From Squalus acanthias (lineage: Eukaryota): a stretch of 64,000 bases of DNA. Shown here in pieces: positions 1 through 13,359 of this stretch (position 1 is the stretch's first letter; every line of letters starts with the position of its first letter). The notes under the pieces are model-generated. The model ran no database searches and had not been told where the DNA came from. It saw nothing but the letters and a program-made list of their open reading frames with translations. The stretch is from the NCBI GenBank assembly GCA_030390025.1, contig CM059436.1, positions 44,020,001-44,084,000 on the forward strand, written 5' to 3'. A program made the translations under genes and the position numbers.

Positions 1-112
1 CACACGGACTGCAGTGGTTCAAGAAGGTGGCTCACCACCACCTTCTCAAGGGCAACTAGGCATGGGCAATAAATGCTGGCATCGTCAGTGATGCCTACAT
101 CCCATGAACAAA
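1..112 (+). mobile_element. 3' end of a non-LTR retrotransposon, same family as 51069-53540
   Basis: CACACGGACTGCAG-GGTTCAAGAAGG...GGGCAATAAATGCTGGC...CATCCC closely matches 53417-53530. Confidence 0.85.
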
Positions 113-1445
113 TTTTTTTTTATTTTTTTTATTTTTTTTAATTGGAAAGTAGCTGACATAACACTAATCTTTTAAAAAAAAAGCATATGGATGGCCAAGG
201 AAACCATAGACCAGTGAACCGAACATGTTCTGTGGACAATGTATTAGAAGGTATACTGAGGGAGGAGCTAATCAAACATCTAAATAAGTATGGTATGGTA
301 AGGTAACCGGGAGTCAGTATGGAATTATGGGAGGGGGTCTTGCTTAACAAATTTACTGGAGCTCTGAGGAAAATGATGGACCTGTTGACAATGGAAATTC
401 AGCAGATGTGATATAGTCCTTAAATTCCACTGCACCTCTCAGCACCAGTAGCCTCTACCACTATCAGACTATTACTATGATCAGGACTGATCAAATAAAT
501 AATACTGTTGCCAGTTTATACAACTTGTACACTGTGCTGCATTATCTGTTAATCTTCTGATATTATTTTGGAATTTTCCTCAACCATTGTTTATTTTTAA
601 AATAAATAAGTTTTCTGTTCATCGAACTGGTCGGTACTCAGCAAGCAGCCAAGAGATTATGGGTTCAACGCCAGTGGTTTCTGCACTCTCGAGGTCAGTA
701 AAAGGCTCACCATTAACGTGGGAGGCAAACAGGAAGTCCACATATTGTACTTGCCAGGACATCATGGAAAATTGCCAAGTAGCACTCCCACAGCAAAGCC
801 ATGGAAACAGAGTGGAGTGCTGCCCCCAGCAGTATGTTACTGTGCAAGAACAAAATCTACTGGGAAATCCTGAAAAGGATAAATTGTAGCAAACAAATCT
901 GAAAGAAGCCACACCCAATGTTTGCAATTAACCACTTATCTCCTCCTATTCTAATTATTCATTGTTTAGAATTGAACAAAAATTCTATATTGCCACCTAT
1001 TCTAGTAATAAAACATCTTGGGGAGCAGTAATATAGGATTACATTTTGTATCAAACACAGTAGCTACCTGATCACATCGAGAGAGTCACAGTCTGTTCAA
1101 ATAATAGAGAATATTTGTTCAGATAATAAAATACCTAAATGGTTTGATATGAACAGGCATCATTTCTATATTAATGCATATTGCCAATATATTCCATTCA
1201 ACCAGTTAAGCTAAAATGTCTTTAAAAATTAAGCATTTCTCAGCCTTGTTCTCTGGAATACATGATTTCTGTCCTCTCATTTCAGAATTTTATTTTCTCT
1301 TTTTTCTCCCTTAAATCCCATTCCTGTTGAGGTGCTGGCAGGTGCCCAACATCCAATGGCCTACGAAATGGCCACTAAAAAGTTGTCAATTGACTCAGAG
1401 CAAATTGTCTTCTCTTTGGAAACTTGCCTAGTATCATCGATATCT

Positions 1446-3625
1446 GGCATTTATATAGTGCTTTTAACCTAGAAAAAGGTCCCACGGTGCTTCAGAGGCA
1501 TAAGTGAAAAGAAATGGACACGGAGTCAAATGAACAGATTAGGTGTAGCCAAAAGCTTGGTCATATAAGTGGGTTTTAAGGTGGAGAGGAAGGTGGCGAG
1601 ACAAAGGGGTTTAGGGAGGGAATTCCAGAGCATGGGGCCTAGGCGACTGAATACAAGGTTACCAATGGTGGGGAGAAATGCAAGAGGTTGGAGTGAGAGG
1701 AACAGAGAGTTGGCGGTGGTGGGAGAAAAGTGATGAGGTGTACCATTGGAATAGGTTACAGAGATCAGAAGGGACAAGGCAATGAAGGTATTTAAAACTG
1801 TAGGCATTGGGGAACCGAAAGCCAATACAGGTCAGCAAAGACAGGAGTAATTGGTGAGCAGGATTGGATACAGACAGAAGTTTTCAATGAGCTGAAGTAT
1901 ACAGGATTTGGAGCATGGAAGACCAGCCAGAAGAGCATGGAATAGCAGAGTTTGGAGGTGGCAAATACAGGGGCACACAGGCTGAAACAGGGACAAAGGT
2001 GGGCAATGTTACGACGGTGGAAGTAGGCAGTCTTTGTGATGGAGGGGATATCATGTCGAAAGCTCAGTTTGGGATCAAATAAGATACTGAAGTTGCAAAT
2101 CATCTGGTTCAATTTGAGAGTGGTTGGGGAAGGAGATATAGTTGCTGGTGAGGGCACAGAGTTGATGGCGGGAGCCAAAGATAATGGCTTTGGTCTTCCT
2201 AATATTTAGCTGGAAGAAATTACGGCTCATCCAAAACTTGATGTTGGACAAGCAGTCTGACAGCAGAGATGCAGTGGAGGGATAAGAGAGGTGGTGGAGA
2301 GGCAGAGCTAGATGTCAGCAGTATACATGTGGAAGATAATTCAATTTTTGTAAATGGCATCACCAAAGGACAACATCTAGAAGAGGAGAGGGCCAAGGAT
2401 AGATCTTCGGAGATGACAATGCAAGGCAAGAAGATAAGCCATTGGTAGAAATGCTCTGGCTACAATCGCAAAAGTAAGAGTGGAATCAAGCAAGGGCAGT
2501 CCTATTGAGCTGTACAACGGAGGAGAGGTGTTAGATGAGGACAGTAAGGTCGATCGTGTCAAAGACTGCAAAGAGACAGAGATAATGCACCATGATCACA
2601 GCCACAGAAAATCTTACTTGGGTTAGGGTCTTTTCAGTAGTGAAAATCTGACTGCAGGGAGTTGAAGGAGACAGATGAGCATGGATCTGGGACGCAACAC
2701 ATTCAAGGACATTGAGTGGAAAGGGAGGTTCGAAATAAGGCAATAGCTTGCAAGGACAGAGGAGTCAAGGGTGGGTTTTTTGAGGGAAGGAAGTGATGGA
2801 GGTTTTGAAAGAAAGTGGACCATTTACAATGTCTGCTAGCATTGGGGCCAGGAAGGGATGTTAGGTGGTCAGCAGTCTTGTAGGAACAGGGTCAAGGGAG
2901 CACGAGATGGGCCTCATGAATGATATGAGCTTGGAGAGGGGGAGATAGGGCTTCACAGCTAGAGTGGCGAGAATTGGCTTGGTGGTGCGGGGAGCAGCAG
3001 AGGCAGCTGAACAGATGGTCTCTACTTTGGTGACAAAGAAATTCACAAGCTCCTCACATTTGTGGTTAGAAGTGAGGTTGGAGGGGTCTGGGATTTAAGG
3101 AGGCTGTTGGTAGTGGAGAGAAGAATCAGAGGGTTATCTTTGCTCTTCAGGATAATCCTAGAGTAGTGGCCGTATTTGGAAGAGGAGAGTGAGGCCCAGT
3201 AGAGCAGGATGTGGTCCCGCCAGATCTAGCAATAGATAGGTAAGCCGATTGGTGCACCAGATACGCTCTAGTTTACGCCTCTTGGACTGAAGGAAACAAA
3301 GATGGGTGTCGTACCAAGGAATCAGCTGGGATGGGAGACAGTGAAGGTTTTGCTGGGGACAAGGGCATCAAAAATAGAGGCGAGGGAGTAGTTGAGCAAA
3401 CCAGCAAGTGCTCAGGTATCATGACGAATGGAGGGCCAAAGGCTAGGCAGTTGTAAGCAACTTAGAGGATTTTTTCCCCCAGGGACAGACACAGAAGGAA
3501 GTGGAGTAGAAGGATGAGATTAGTGATGTATACACAGAAGTGTCAAAGATGGCCTGGTCAATTAGAGACTATAGGAGTAGAGAGGCCACAGGAGATGGTG
3601 ATGTCGATGGGAGTGTCATGAGCTC
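1446..3625 (-). mobile_element. Degenerate L2 LINE (RT and 3' end)
   Basis: Fragmented ORFs with L2 motifs (SCSLDPVPT, LKKPTLD, FDTID, KTAYFH, LWNSLP) and an L2-type tail near 1447. Confidence 0.8.
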
Positions 3626-5041
3626 AGGTAGAAAAGCGGATCTCTCCTTCAAGATGCAACAAGCAAGATTGGGAACTGTGAGCAGAAATTAGAACAAATT
3701 ATTGTATCATAACACTGTGGCATATCACAAGTCAAATAACGTAATTAAGCCTTGTTGAACTTTCCTGATATCCAAGCAGTGTCATCTCAGTCCTTTTTTT
3801 AGCTCTTCAACATCTTACATTTCTATAGCATTAATGATGTACAGAATGACTCAGAACACATTCTTTACTAATACTGTTACATGTATCCATTTACTGTTAT
3901 GAGAATTGTTTCCTAAGCCTCTGATGTACTGCTGAGCAAAATGTTTGAATCTTCAGTTCTCTGCACAGTGTACTGATTTCAACAATTTCAAATCAATTTA
4001 GCACTTCCGCAACACCCATGGGGAACTGGGGAGATGGAGGGTCATGCAGGATCACAGTCTCACACCTTCTAGTGGCTAATTTCAGAGTATCAGGGGCAGA
4101 CGTCTTGGATTAAGCCACTTGCTGACGGAAAGGTGAGTCATAGGGAACAAAGAAAGGATAAGGAGGGGGAGAGGAAGAAAAAGGTAGAATCACTCAACAA
4201 AACTTCAAGGAACAGAAATTCTTAGCAGCAGCATTATCCCCACATAATTATGTATTTTCCTCCACTCGTTAATTTTAGCAAAAAAACCCATAAACAATAG
4301 CAACTTGTGGTGTCTTTAACATAGCAAAAAGTCCCATGGTACTTCACAGAAACAAAGACAGCGAGCAGTAGATGACTGAAAACATGGCCAAAGAGGTAGA
4401 TTTTGAATAGACTTTTTCTACTCATGTCTGTTTTCTTCTGCTTCAATTAATAAAGAAAAACATATTTCACAATTCCAACAGAATTAAATTCCAAGGAGAA
4501 ATCACTGTAGGTAAGCTAGTGTTCCTCAGTACTAAATAGTGGCAAGAATAGTTTCCCAAATTACTCTTTGGAACTTAGCTTTTTACAAAAACAAACCTTT
4601 TTAAAAAAAACAATGAAAGTTTGCTTGTTGCAGGCACCAGACATTTCTCCACAAGTTCCTATTTCATTCAGAAGTGACAGGACAAGGTGCTAAGTGGAGC
4701 TGGATACTGTCCAGAGGGAGGGAGGGAGGAATAAAAAATTTTTTTTAATAAATAGTCAGTGGACAAGTCCTACGTAAATATTCTCCCTGCTCCTCACAGA
4801 TAGTGTCAAAGCAAGACTGAAATTGCTGGATTAGGTTACCCACCAACCTTCTTCACAACAGAATAGCTATGGGACAAGTGTTTGAGAAGTGGGAAATATT
4901 AGATATTTGTTGGTCATTTATTGATTTCTACTTCCGAGATTAGCACATGTACGCAAATACTACCACTGCACAAATATATCAAATTGTACTTCATTTCGTG
5001 AAGCAAAAATCTATACACACATGCTTCTCTTAAATTCTTAC

Positions 5042-5279
5042 CCGTGTAGCCTGCTGTCCAACCCCACGAAGACACCATAGCCAGCAGCCATTTGAACATT
5101 ATTCCTTCCACGTGCCAGAACAGTTTATTATTAAGTAATTTCAATGGCTGGAGGACTATGAGATACAAAACATAGGATGGAATCGCAACCAGGTTGTTGA
5201 TGATCATAAAAGCAAATCGGATTGTCCCTTTCACCAATATCCAGCTACCACGCTGTATTTCTTTTCTGTTCATTGCCAT
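5042..5279 (-). CDS. LPGAT1: Lysophosphatidylglycerol acyltransferase 1, first coding exon (exon 5042-5302 including 5' UTR)
   Basis: Translates MAMNRKEIQRGSWILVKGTIRFAFMIINNLVAIPSY...FKWLLAMVSSWGWTAGYT, matching the vertebrate LPGAT1 N-terminus. Acceptor ttctacAG at 5304-5303; donor GTAAGA at 5041; 238 coding nt, phase 1. Confidence 0.93.
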
Positions 5280-7699
5280 GCCTCTACCTCCTCTGCCTGG
5301 TCCTGTAGAAACAATGAAAGATGTTTGTACATAATGCAAAAAAATCAACACACAATTACAAATATGTTCTACAGTAAAGATATAAAAGGGGCACAGTTAT
5401 TTATTGCAGTCACTTTATTGAATTTCTAAATGAACATCTGTGATAACCTTACAGATCATAGTGCAAAACTACTGGTGACATTAGCTAAAGGAACCTCCAA
5501 GAGTATTGGTATCCATCATATGTAAAAGCTGGTCACATATAAGGCACATTGTGCAATTGGTCCAGAAACAATTGTTTAACCTTGCAACACTGAACATTAT
5601 GAAATAGAATTCAGCAGTTGCAAAGCTTGAAATGAAGGCTGAGAAATATCTAGGGAGCAGAACAGCTACTGCCCATAGGGTAGTGGCTGCCAAGGTCACT
5701 GTGTACAATAAAAACAGGTCCACATCACAACTAAAAAATGTACTGTACAAAACTGGCTCAAACACAAGTTGGACACCTTTATCACACAAACCTACGTGAA
5801 AGTGTGGTATATGCACAATATTCAGCCTTGCTTAGGCTGTGGTTATATTCCATTACTGGAGTGGGATTTGCAGCTAGCAACATGGAGTTATACTGCTGGC
5901 TGTGAATTACATGGCAGCTGCCAGGAGAATGCTCCGTGAATACTGCAAAAGCGTTTTATGTTTTGAGCACAGCTTTTTCAAAACATTAAAAAAAACTAAA
6001 GTTTATAAAATACCTTGGAATAGACCTGAGCACTTTTTAAACTGACACGGCACTGGACTGGAATTATCCACTCAGTGACATACCCAAATGAGGTGAAGGC
6101 CTTCTGAGTCTCTCACCACTGCACACTGGAGCCAGGTTGGGAATCAGACAGCAGAGTTTTGACATTTCTGCTGTCATGAAGCAAAAGTGAAAGTGCAACT
6201 GTACACTTATTCTACATTATCTGCAGCTAATTTTCAAAGCAGCATCCTGCATTTGGGAGCACAACACAATAAATATACATAAACCACCAAGTTGCATTCA
6301 CTGAGTTACTACTAAGTTAGTCTAAAAGGCTAAAGTTACTTGAGAACTGCAACCATAAAATCCATTTTCCTTTTTGGAAGCTTTGCTAGAGCAATTCAGA
6401 ATTAATTTGCAAAAGTACAAACAATACCTCTTCTCATTGAACCCTTCTTCCCCAAATTAAATATGAAATATTAAACTCCTCCACTCATCATACATTTCAT
6501 ACTTATGAAAATGGTAATGATAAACCATCGCCTACAGCCCTACGCCAAAATGAGGGAAATAGGATTGAGTAATATACATTAAATTTAACAAATAAATGAA
6601 CAATTAACAGATTCCCATTGACAATAATGAGAATTGAGCTGTGAAGGTCAATTAGAAGGAAAATGAACTTCAACATATATTTAACAGAAAAAGTTCCAAA
6701 TGTTAACTTGTGAAAACTTCGACTGTGAAAGGCAGGCACTTACAACGTACGCACCAGTGGAGTAGACACTGGAGTAGTGCACGCCCCAGTTGCGTCACTG
6801 CTTTGTATTTCTATTTCCTTTAATCGGTTTAACAAAAAGAGAAAAAAGTGTCTTTGGATTACGAAAGACAAAACCAAAAGATAGTCCCGGATTAAATTTA
6901 CAATTCCAGGCTAAATGCAGATTATTCAAATTTGGGAATCCTGGGCAATGAATCTAGCCGATTACACGCGCAAGGGTGCACTTTATCCCTCGAAACGTTC
7001 TCGTCCTTGTACTTCGTTTACTTTTGTCACGACTGCCAAAAAGGCAGGCGACTTACTTTCTCTATCGCTTGGATAATGTCCGATAGATTTGCTCCTGACT
7101 TCCACCCCCACGTTTTTGTAAATGCAGAATTAAAACTAGAATATCTGAACCCTCATGCAAACAGAAGTATTAAAACACAGCCTTACCTATGTTGTTTGTG
7201 ACCCAGTATCTATAAATGGAAAGAAGACCGAGATGCAGTGAACAGCGAGGGGACGCTGGACGGTTACTATAGTGGTAGCGGAGAGGTCATGGACTGATCG
7301 CCTGGGCACTTACTCACACATATAACGGGGATGAGCATCAGCTGCCTGAAGCCACTGGGCCAAGAAGAAGCTGGTTTCCTTACTGATCTCCTGACAAGAA
7401 TGATAAGACACGAAACGAATACAAATAAACCAATCGGTGATTATTCTGTTCACAATACCGCCCCCCCACCTGACAAGTGCTAGCTAGCCCTTCCCTTACT
7501 CAGTGCCATGTCCATCTTAGGAGGAAAAAACCCACTTCAAACCTACGATATTCACTTTCAAACCGATCAACTACAACATTACACGTTCTCTCCTTCCTCC
7601 TTGCCCCCCCCCCTATATATAAATAAAAAAATACAAATAATCTCGCGATGGTAATCCAATGTAAACGGCTTAGTTCATTTTCAATGCGAAGAAATGGAC

Positions 7700-8200
7700 A
7701 AGCAAGGATTCCCCCCTTTTGGAAAATGACCCGGTTGCTTTACTGTCTAGAGGTTTCCGCCTGCCCTCCCCACCACCTCCCTAAAACCAAAGCCCCCTCC
7801 ATATTGCGAGCAGTAGCAGCCCAGCGGAACAATTGCCACACATACTGTGGCTCTCACATGGCTCGCAGAGTCTGGGCGCTGCAGCGGGCGGGGCGGGGCT
7901 GGGCTGGGCGTTCCAGAACCCCGAACCCTGGCAGCTCTCACTCAGAACGTTCGCCCTGTGTCTCCACTACAATCTCCGGCCTTCACGTAACCAGCCAAGC
8001 CCGCACACCCTCCTCCCTCCACCCATCCCCCCGCCCCCCACACACGCACTACGCGCGACGTCAGGCGTCGCCTCCAAAGCACGCTCCGGAACAAAGGAAG
8101 AGAACGCGCGAGGAAAGAGGGGAACCTGCTTGCGCGCCTGTGTGTTTTTTAGATACATATATACATGACGTGCCAGAGCGACTGCCGTCTGAAGCAGCGC
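7700..8200 (-). promoter_or_regulatory. LPGAT1: CpG-rich putative LPGAT1 promoter / non-coding first exon region
   Basis: Local CpG/GC enrichment, GC boxes (GGGCGGGGCGGGGC near 7886) and a CRE-like GACGTCA near 8057. Minus-strand donor-like sites at 7941 and 7186. Lies about 2.5 kb upstream of the coding exon. Confidence 0.6.
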
Positions 8201-8265
8201 CCCCTACCTTTGCTCATGGTAAACTACAGCTTTGGGTCTGCCGGTGGCAACAACAACTTGCATTG

Positions 8266-8935
8266 GCACTTTGTCATCTTCGCCTGCCGACTGGACACGC
8301 CTTGGCGTGCCACCTTGCCGTCCAGCGGAGGTCCCCAATGGAGGGCTCTCTACGCAGGAGTCCTCCCCTTTTCTATTGGGGACTTGGCCTGGAAGGTGTT
8401 GCACGGAGCAGTCCCGTGCAATAAAATGTTAAGTAGGTTCACGGACTCCCAAGGCCGCCTGCCTTTTTTGCAGCCTAGAGGAGTCCGTGTTTCATGTTTA
8501 CATAGAATGTGAGAGGTTGCAGCTCCTGTTCTATTATTTGAAGGGGCTGCTCCTCGATTTTTGGTTGCACTTCAGTCCCACACTCCCGATCTTCGGTCAC
8601 CCGGTGTGGAGGAGAGCGGGCAGGTCGGAGGACCTCCTCGTAGGACTGCTCCTGGGCCTGGCCAAAGTGGTCATTAACAGGTCCAGGCAGCGGGCGGTCG
8701 TTCGGCCCGCCTGCCTGCCTCTCTTCCGCAGCTATGTTCGCGCACGGGTGACCCTGGAGATGGAGCACGTGGTGTCCGCCGGCACACTTGAGGCCTTCCG
8801 AGACCGGTGGGCGCCGCGGGGACTGGAGTGCATCGTCGACCCGGGCAATGTAATTATAATTTAATTTGATAAATTTTATTTAAAGTTCTGTTAATTTTCA
8901 GTTAATTTACAGTTAATTTGGTTCAATAAAAGAGG
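8266..8935 (+). mobile_element. 5'-truncated Tx1/L1-clade LINE (ORF2 C-terminus) with 14-bp TSD
   Basis: PQWRALY...GDLAWKVLHGAVPCN...H-YIEC zinc-binding C-terminus. TSD AACAACTTGCATTG at 8252-8265 and 8936-8949. Ends in TAAAAGAGG. Confidence 0.85.
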
Positions 8936-9401
8936 AACAACTTGCATTGATACAGCGCCTTTAACATAGAAACAGAATCCAAGACATTTCACTAGTAAAT
9001 GACAAGAATGACTTAAGGACCATTGAGTCGGTTTTTACTGCTCCTTTAAATTAAAAACAAGTGTTTTCCAGTTTTTATTTTGTGAGCCAGAAGGTTGTGG
9101 GTTCAAATCACACTCCGGAGACTAAGGGGGGCGATTTTCGCCGAATACTTTAGATGCTAAAGTGCCTCCGAGGTGGCCAAGGTGGGTTCTTAAGCTGAAA
9201 CGCTGGTTTAGCACAAGATGCCATCTTGATAAAGGAGTTGAAGCGTGCACTAGGAGCGGCCGCCTGGAGGCTCGTTAAACAGCTGAGTCCCACTTAAAAT
9301 GCCTGCTAGCACTATTCAAAGAGGCTGCACGGCATTTTGGTGGCTAGAGCTTCAACTATTGCCCTACCCTAACAGCGACCAGATGTCGATTTCAAGGGCT
9401 A

Positions 9402-9700
9402 CATAAGAATTAGGAGCAGGAGTAGGCCATACGGCCCTTCAAGCCTGCTCCACCATTCAATAAGATCATGGCTGATCTTCGACCTCAACTCCATTTTCCC
9501 GCCTCATCCCCATATCCCTTGATTCGCCTCGAGTCCAAATATCTACTTATCTCAGTCTTGAATACACTCAACGACTTAGCATCCACAGCCCTTTGGGGTA
9601 GAGAATTCCAAAGATTCACAACCCTTTGAGTGAAGAAATTCCTCCTCAACTCAGTCTTAAATGGCCGACCCCTTATCCTGAGACTATGTCCCCTAGTTCT
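9402..9700 (-). mobile_element. CR1 LINE 3' fragment
   Basis: SRTRGHSLRIRG...RNFFTQRVVNLWNSLP followed by a CR1 3' UTR. Confidence 0.9.
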
Positions 9701-11217
9701 AGACTGCAGTATATGGGAGTATGTGGACAGAGAGACTGTCCCGAGCGAACACGTCTGCTGTAGATGTCTCCGTCTCGAATCTCTCCATCTCAGAGTCACT
9801 GAGCTGAAAGAAGGGCAGGAATAGCAGCTCAACATTCCTGGTTACAGGGTTTTCAGACAAAATAGAGAGGGGGATAAAAAAGGAGGGGGGTCACAATATT
9901 GATTAAAGAAACAATTACAGCTGTGAAGGGGGATGATATCTTGGAAGGATCATCCAACGAGGCCATATGGTTTGAACTGAAAAGCAAAAAAGGGGCAATC
10001 ACACTGCTGGGAGCATCTTTGAAAGTGGATAAATCCCCAGGCCCGGATGAAATGTATCCCAGACTGTTAAGAGAAGTAAGAGAGGAAATAGCAAAGGCTC
10101 TGACCATCATTTTCCAATCCTCTCTGGCTACAGGTGTGGTGCCGGAGGACTACTAATGTGGTACCGTTGTTTAAAAAGGGAGAAAGGGATAGACTGAGTA
10201 ATTACAGGCCAGTCAGCCTAACCTTGGTGGTGGGAAAATTATTGGAAAAAATTCTGATGGACAGGATAAATCTTCATTTCGAAAGACACGGATTAATCAG
10301 GAACAGTCAGCATGGATTTGTTAAGGGAAGGTCGTGTCTGACTAACTTGATTGAATTTTTTGAGGAGGTAACAAGGAGGGTCGATGAGGGTTGTGCATTT
10401 GATGTAGACTATATGGATTTTAGCAAGGCTTTTGATAAGGTCCCACATGGCAGACTGGTCACGAAAGTAAAAGCCCATGGGATCCAAGGCAAAGTGGCAA
10501 GTTGGATCCAAAATTGACACAGAGGCAGGAAACAAAGGGTAATGGTTGAAGGGTGTTTTTGTGACTGGAAGGCTGTTTCCAGTGGGGTTCCGCAGGGCTC
10601 AGTACTGGGTCCTTTGCTTTTTGTGGTTATATATCAATAATTTGGACTTGAATGTAGGAAGTATGATTAAGAAGTTTGCAGATGATACAAAAATTGGCCA
10701 TGTGGTTGATAATGAAGAAAAAAGCTGTAGACCGCAGGACGATATCAATGGATTGGTCAGGTGGGCAGAACAGTGGCAAATGGGATTCAATCCGGAGCAG
10801 TGTGAGGTAATGCATTTGGGGAGTGCTAACAAGGCAAGGGAATACACAATAAATGGTAGGACACTGAGACGTGCAGAGGATCAGAGGGACCTAGGAGTGC
10901 ATGTCCACAGATCCCTGAAAGTAGCAGGATAGGTAGATAAGGTGGTTATAAAGGCATATGGGATACTTGCCTTTATTAGCCAAGGCATAGAATATAAGAG
11001 CAGGGATAAGACGGTCAGGACTGGGAACTAAATATACCAGGTTTTAAGGTCTACAGGAAAGATTGGGAAAATTGCAGAGGGGGAGGAGTAGTCTTAGTGA
11101 TTAAGGATGAAATCACTTCAATGATAAGGGAGGGTAAAACGAGAGGTAAGCAGGCAGTGGAGACTTTATGGATAGAATTAAGAAATAGGAAAGGATTTAA
11201 GACTGGAGTTGTGTATA
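9701..11217 (+). mobile_element. Internally deleted CR1 mosaic (ORF1 zinc-finger piece, endonuclease pieces, RT)
   Basis: CSIWE...HVCCRCLRL (ORF1-like), KSPGPDEMYPR, NYRPVSLT, DFSKAFDKVPH and KFADDTK. Confidence 0.85.
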
Positions 11218-13359
11218 CGACAACTCTCCGACACCTCCTCTTACCTCCACCTGGACCATGACCCCACTACCGAACATCAAGCCACCGTTTCCAAGACTGT
11301 CACTGACCTCATCTCCTCTGGAGATCTTCCCCCCCACGGCCGCCAACCTCATAGTTCCCCAACCCCGCACAGCCTGCTTCTACCTCCTTCCCAAGATCCA
11401 CAAACAGGACTGCCCTGGTAGACCCATCGTTTCAGCCTGTTCTTGCCCCACGGAACTTATCTCTTCCTATCTCGACTCTATTTTTTCTCCCCCTGTCCAG
11501 TCTCTTCCCACCTACATCCGCGACTCCTCTGACGCTCTCCGCCACTTTAACAGTTTCCAGTTTCCTGGCCCCAACCGCCTCCTTTTCACCATGGACGTAC
11601 AATCCCTCTACACCTCCATCCCCCACCAGGATGGCCTGAGGGCGCTCCGCTTCTTCCTTGAACAGAGGCCCAACCAGTCCCCATCCACCAGTACCCTCCT
11701 CTGCCTGGCTGAACTTGTTCTCACATTGAACAACTTCTCCTTTGACTCCACTCATTTCCTCCAAATTAAAGGTGTTGCTATGGGTACCCGCATGGGTCCT
11801 AGCTATGCCTGCCTTTTCGTGGGATATGTGGAACACTCTTTGTTCCAGTCCTACTCGGGTCCCCTCCCTCACCTCTTTTTCCGGTACATTGATGACTGTA
11901 TCGGTGCCGTTTCCTGCTCTCGCCCTGAACTAGACAATTTCATTCACTTTGCCTCCAATTTCCACCCTTCCCTCACCTTCACATGGTCCATCTCCGACTC
12001 TTCCCTTCCCTTCCTCGACTTCTCCGTCTCCATCTCTGGGGATAGGTTATTGACCAACACTCACTACAAGCCCACTGACTCCCACAGCTACCTGGACTAC
12101 ACTTCCTCCCACCCCGCCTCCTGTAAGGACTCTATTCCCTTCTCCCAGTTTCTCTGTCTCCGCCGCATCTGCTCCGATGATGCCACCTTCCATACCAGTG
12201 CTTCCGACATGTCTTCCTTTTTCCTCAACCGAGGATTCCCCTCTACCGTGGTCGACACTTCTGCCCTCACCCCGGCCCCTCCCTCCCGGAACCACGATAG
12301 AGTTCCCCTTGTCCTCACCTTTCACCCCACCAGCCTCCACATTCAACGGATCATCCTCCGCCATTTCCGCCACCTCCAACGTGATCCCGCCACCAAACGT
12401 ATCTTCCCCTCACCTCCCCTTTCAGCATTCCGTAGGGACCGCTCCCTCCGAGACACCCTAGTCCACTCCTCTATCACCCCCAGCACCCCTTCCCCCTCAC
12501 CCAGCACCTTCCCGTGCAAGCGCAGGAGATGCAACACCTGCCCTTATACATCCCCCTTCCCACTCTCCAGGGCCCCAAACACCCCTTCCAGGTGAAACAG
12601 CGATTTACTTGTACTTCTTGCAATCTAGTATACTGTATTCGCTGCTCACGATGTGGTCTCCTCTACATTGGGGAGACCAAACGCAGATTGGGTGACTGCT
12701 TTGCAGAACACCTCCGTTCAGTCCGTAAGGGTGACCCCGAGCTTCCGGTCGCTTGTCATTTTAATTCACCGCTCCACGCCCACTCAGACCTCACCGTCCT
12801 CGGCCTCTTGCATTGTTCCACGGAAGCTCAGCGTAAGCTCAAGTAACAGCACCTCATCTTCCGATTAGGCACTTTACAGCCTTCCGGACTCAATATCGAG
12901 TTCAACAATTTCAGATCATAACCTCGGCCCCTACCATATTTATATATATATATATATATATATATTTTATCCCCCCTTTTGGTTTGTGCCTTTTCCCTTT
13001 TTTCTCTCTCTCTCCCCCACGGCAGCTGTCTTTCATTCTGCCAGCATTTCACACTTCACACTTTTGAGCCATCTTTTGTTTCTTAACCTGTCCTATTACC
13101 ATCTCGTCTTGCCTTGAGCATCTCTTAACGTCTCTACTTATCATAGACCACCCCTTTTGTTCTTTTATTCCTCCCCCCAGCCTCCCACTTGCTTTTTTAT
13201 CTGTTTAATTTCCTGCTTTTTTCTCAGTTCTGATGAAAGGTCTTTGACCTGAAACGTTAACTCTGTTTCTCTCTCCACGGTTGTTGCCTGGCCTGCTGAG
13301 TTTTTCCAGCGTTTTCTGTTGTTGTTTCAATTTTCCAGCATCCGCAGTATTTTGCTATC
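11218..13359 (+). mobile_element. Penelope-like element (RT + GIY-YIG, pseudo-LTR), 5'-truncated, inserted in CR1
   Basis: FYLLPKIHK, PGRPIVS, MDVQSLYTSI, GVAMG, RYIDD, CxxxxCxxC linker and LVYCIRC...YIGET. TSD GTTGTGTATA at 11208-11217 and 13360-13369. Confidence 0.93.
13226..13262 (+). ncRNA. Minimal type I hammerhead ribozyme in Penelope pseudo-LTR
   Basis: AGTT-CTGATGA-A-AGGTC/TTT/GACCT-GAAAC-GTT-AACT: intact core, stem II, stem I, and a palindromic loopless stem III. Confidence 0.78.

Noticed and set aside
7648-8424. 258-aa ORF
   Set aside because: Low-complexity translation of a GC-rich promoter running into a Tx1 fragment; no recognisable domain.
12937-12964. (TA)n microsatellite, and (GA)n at about 44992-45009
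   Set aside because: Ordinary simple repeats with no evidence of function.
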